Shown piece after piece: positions 60,926 through 64,000 of a stretch of DNA of 64,000 bases. The stretch lies in contig JAKFBU010000073.1 of the NCBI GenBank assembly GCA_036676985.1, positions 1 through 64,000 of the forward strand, in the 5' to 3' direction. Position 1 is the stretch's first letter, and every line of letters starts with the position of its first letter. The translations under genes were made by a program, and so were the position numbers. The notes beneath the pieces are model-generated. The model searched no databases and was not told the DNA's origin. It worked only from the letters and a program-made list of their open reading frames with translations. This DNA is from Candidatus Sericytochromatia bacterium. Its GTDB lineage: Bacteria; Cyanobacteriota; Sericytochromatia; S15B-MN24; UBA4093.

Positions 60926-61906
60926 GTGAAGGCCGCCGTTTATCGTCAGTATGGATCTCCGGACGTGGTGCACCTCGAGGAGGTAGCCAAGCCCGTACCG
61001 AAGGACCACGAGGTCCTGATCCGGATCAAGGCCAGCACCGTATCGTCAGGGGACCGGAGAGCCCGCAGCCTCGACATGCCGGCCGGGTTCGGACTGTTCG
61101 CCCGCCCGGTGTTCGGGATGCTCGGTCCGCGCAGGGGGATCCTCGGCACCGAGCTCGCCGGGGAAATCGAGGCGCTCGGCAAGGCCGTCACGCAGTTCAA
61201 GGTCGGAGACGCCGTGTTCGCGTCCACCGGTTTCGGAATGGGCTGCCACGCGGAGTATCGGACCATGCCCGAAGACGGGGCGCTGGTCCCCATGCCGGCC
61301 GGCGCCAGCTTCGAGGAAGCGGCGGCGATTTCGTTCGGCGGCAACACGGCCCTCCACTATCTGCGCGACCTCGGGCAGATAGCGGCCGGCGACGAGATCC
61401 TGATCATCGGGGCGTCCGGCGCCGTGGGCAGCGCCGCCGTTCAGCTCGCCAGGCACTTCGGAGCCCGGGTCACCGCGGTGACGAGCACCCCGAACCTCGC
61501 ACGGGTGACAACCCTCGGAGCCGATCGCGTCATCGACTACACGCAGGCCAGCTTCCTGGACGACGGCAAGCAGTATGACCTCATCTTCGATACCGTCGGG
61601 AGCACCGAGTATTCCGCCTGCCGAGGCGCGCTGAAGGAAGCCGGACGCCTGTTGCTCTGCGGAGCGAGCTTGCCCCAGATCCTCCGCTCCCAGTTGCATG
61701 CGAGGTCGAGCAAGCACAAGGTCGTCGCCGGGGCGGCCGCGGAGCGCGCGGAAAACCTCCGCTACCTCAAGGATCTGGTCGAATCGGGTCGGTACCGGCC
61801 CCTGATCGACCGTTCATATCCCCTAGAAGACATCGTCGAGGCGCACGCCTACGTCGAAACGGGGCGCAAACGCGGCAGCGTCGTGATCACCATGACGCGG
61901 GCCTGA
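60926..61906 (+). CDS. MDR-family NAD(P)-dependent oxidoreductase (quinone-reductase-like)
   Basis: YG.PDV, G.ELAG, GASGAVG, GAD.VIDY and G.KRG.VVI motifs. Confidence 0.9.
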   Translation: MKAAVYRQYGSPDVVHLEEVAKPVPKDHEVLIRIKASTVSSGDRRARSLDMPAGFGLFARPVFGMLGPRRGILGTELAGEIEALGKAVTQFKVGDAVFASTGFGMGCHAEYRTMPEDGALVPMPAGASFEEAAAISFGGNTALHYLRDLGQIAAGDEILIIGASGAVGSAAVQLARHFGARVTAVTSTPNLARVTTLGADRVIDYTQASFLDDGKQYDLIFDTVGSTEYSACRGALKEAGRLLLCGASLPQILRSQLHARSSKHKVVAGAAAERAENLRYLKDLVESGRYRPLIDRSYPLEDIVEAHAYVETGRKRGSVVITMTRA

Positions 61907-61956
61907 TCCCCCTGGTCACCACCGGCTCGCCGGCAGCGCTGCGAGGGGAGTGGGCC

Positions 61957-62892
61957 TCACCGGGGCAGCCCGCACTGCGTCATCTCGGGCCGGGGGTGCA
62001 GGACGTCGGAAGGCCAGCCGGCGAGCCGGGCACCGGCCTGGAAGGCCGACTCCGCGAAGTCGAGAATGGCCTGGGCAGGGTCGGGCGCACGGCGCACCGC
62101 CTCATACGGCAGCAGAAACTCCCCCAGGGCCTCGTTCCAGGCGGCTCTGGCGGGCAGGATGGTCGCATGCTCCAGGCCGGCCGGACGGGGATAGCTGTAC
62201 GCATAGAAGGCCGCCTCTGCCACCCGGGCTCCGCCGGGGAGGTCACCGCCGGGCCAGAAGCCGATACTCGCAAGCTCGGCGTTGTAGGCGCAGGCATTGA
62301 TGCGATCGCCGCTTCTCATCGGCGCCGGCCGGCCGGAGAACCGCGTGACCGCCAGATCGAACGAACCCCAGAAGAAGTGCACGGGGCTCGACTTTCCGAC
62401 ATACGGTGCCCGGAAGCGTTTGAGGACCTGGTCCACCGACGTCAGCACCTGGAAGAAGCGCCGGACGGCCTCGGCCTCGAACCGCACGTCGCGGCGGTCC
62501 TGGTCGAACCGCACCGGGTCGACCACCTCGACGGGCATGGGCCACAGGTGCACCCGGATCCCTAGGCCGGCGAGCTCCGAGAGGACCTGCTCGTAAAAGC
62601 GGGCGACGGTGGTGCCCAGGGGCACGCGACGGACCTCCCCGCCCGAGGTTGCGAGGAGCAGGACCCCGTCGAAGAAGTCGAACGACAGCTCGCAGGGTCC
62701 CACGGCGGAGGGCATCGGAGAGGTGGTCAGTCCCCGGGCCGTCACGTACAACGGCACCTGCCACCAGTGGTTCATCATGGGGGCCAGCGCGAGGCGGATC
62801 TTGCCGACCACCTGCGTGTACATGTGCAAGGTCCGATACGTCTCTTGCCACTCGTCCAGCGGCAAGGACGGCCAGGTTTCCGTAGGTCTCAT
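61957..62892 (-). CDS. DUF5996-like protein
   Basis: TLH..TQ.VGK.R, NHWW..PLYVT.RGLTT, SPVHFFWGSFDLAVTRFSGR and GFWPG motifs. Confidence 0.75.
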   Translation of the reverse strand: MRPTETWPSLPLDEWQETYRTLHMYTQVVGKIRLALAPMMNHWWQVPLYVTARGLTTSPMPSAVGPCELSFDFFDGVLLLATSGGEVRRVPLGTTVARFYEQVLSELAGLGIRVHLWPMPVEVVDPVRFDQDRRDVRFEAEAVRRFFQVLTSVDQVLKRFRAPYVGKSSPVHFFWGSFDLAVTRFSGRPAPMRSGDRINACAYNAELASIGFWPGGDLPGGARVAEAAFYAYSYPRPAGLEHATILPARAAWNEALGEFLLPYEAVRRAPDPAQAILDFAESAFQAGARLAGWPSDVLHPRPEMTQCGLPR

Positions 62893-62938
62893 GCCCCGCC
62901 CCCTTCTATCGGTCGGCCCACGCACGAGTCGGCATCGC

Positions 62939-63241
62939 TCAAGACGACGTCACCTCGTCCCCGAGCGGGACGCCATCCGGGAAGAACAGGTCGTCGACGT
63001 AGCACCAGGCCCAGGTCTCACCCGGCTCGAACGACTGGACGATGGGATGCTCGGTCGCAAGGAAGTGCTTGGTCGCATGCTTGTTCTTCGAGTCGTTGCA
63101 GCACCCGACGTGCCCGCAGCTCAGGCACTCCCTGAGATGCACCCAGGTATCCCCCAGCTCGAGGCACTCCTCGCAGCCCTGCGTCCGCGGGCTGACGGCT
63201 CGAACCTGGTCCAGGTGGCGGCAAATCGTGATTCGGGGCAT
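62939..63241 (-). CDS. stand-alone UBP-type zinc-finger protein
   Basis: C.HL, GCEEC...G..WVHLR.C..CGHVGCC.DS...HA.KH.....HP and W.WCY.D motifs. Confidence 0.88.
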   Translation of the reverse strand: MPRITICRHLDQVRAVSPRTQGCEECLELGDTWVHLRECLSCGHVGCCNDSKNKHATKHFLATEHPIVQSFEPGETWAWCYVDDLFFPDGVPLGDEVTSS

Positions 63242-63437
63242 AACGGACCTCCGATCTCGCGTCATCAACGGTGCCCGCATCGTACTCCCCGCAGGCCGGC
63301 CCGACAATCCGCGGCGCTCTGGTCTCGGAGCCCGGGAATCGGCTGCGCGCCGACGCCGCCGAGGGACCCAAGGCGGTGAGGGCGCCACCCCTAAGCCCTT
63401 TTGCTGCCCCCAAGGCGCATGCCGTGCCCACATCCGC

Positions 63438-63466
63438 TTGACTAGTGTAAGTGCAACTAGTACCTT
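63438..63466 (+). promoter_or_regulatory. promoter with ACTAGT-N9-ACTAGT operator
   Basis: TTGACT-17-TACCTT; ACTAGT at 63441 and 63456. Confidence 0.6.
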
Positions 63467-63473
63467 ATTCACT

Positions 63474-64000
63474 ATGCTTACCAACAGCCGTCGCTCCCCC
63501 TTGGCCCTCGCGGTGCTCGCCCTCTTGGTCGAGGCCCCCATGCACCCGTACGAGATGCAGCGCCTGATCAAGCAACGTGCCAAGGACCGGGTGATCAACG
63601 TCGGCCAGCGCGCCAACCTCTACAAGACGATCCACCGCTTGCACCGCGACGGCCTCATCGTTCCGCGCGAGACCGTCCGCTCGGCCCAGCGTCCCGACCG
63701 GACCGTGTACGAAGTGACCGCCGACGGTCGCGACACGGCCATGGCGTGGCTGCGCGACATGCTCTCCGCCCCGCGCGAGGAGTTCCCGGAGTTTCCGGCG
63801 GCGGTCTCGTTCCTGCCGATGCTCGCGCCCGACGTCGTCATCCGCCAGCTGGAGATCCGGCGCGACCGCCTCATGGAGGCCCTGTCCACCCAGGAGGCGG
63901 CCCTGGCGGCGGTCTCGGATTGGTTGCCCCGCCTCTTCTCGCTCGAGGAGGAATACCGCCGCGCCATGCTCAATGCCGAGCTGTCGTGGGTCAACGGGCT
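63474..64000 (+). CDS. PadR-family regulator (truncated by the window end; absent from the ORF track)
   Basis: LAVLALL.E.PMHPYEM...LY..IHRL...GLI...RP.RTVYEVT..GR motif. Confidence 0.88.
   Translation, partial: MLTNSRRSPLALAVLALLVEAPMHPYEMQRLIKQRAKDRVINVGQRANLYKTIHRLHRDGLIVPRETVRSAQRPDRTVYEVTADGRDTAMAWLRDMLSAPREEFPEFPAAVSFLPMLAPDVVIRQLEIRRDRLMEALSTQEAALAAVSDWLPRLFSLEEEYRRAMLNAELSWVNG

Overview
This is a high-GC (roughly two-thirds G+C by eye) chromosomal window from a diderm bacterium. The ClpC is of the cyanobacterial type and no photosystem genes are present, so a non-photosynthetic relative of Cyanobacteria such as Sericytochromatia is a plausible source (inference only). Housekeeping genes include hflX, a menFDHBACE menaquinone operon divergent from DAHP synthase-polyprenyl synthase-menG, rnd, a GntP-family permease, clpC, an HspR-like regulator, polA, rsmI, hemB, glmS, ychF and yebC. 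An IS630 element sits in the hflX stop codon. The right third is accessory: beta-propeller lipoproteins, a PAS/GAF kinase, TetR, PadR and oxidoreductases. Best leads: (1) a degenerate (bacterio)chlorophyll-synthase-like UbiA protein; (2) an 11-bp-phased TTAA-N7-TTAA motif in about ten intergenic regions, suggesting a global regulon; (3) an unannotated ~185-nt rod-shaped ncRNA with its own -10 box and terminator; (4) a Fur-boxed porin/FMN-binding/PepSY-TM/ApbE flavinylation operon; (5) a protein-arginine-deiminase-like orphan; (6) a transmembrane multi-MshEN/TPR protein; (7) a modular lipoprotein family with a shared N-terminal domain. All family assignments come from motif recognition by eye; no searches were run.
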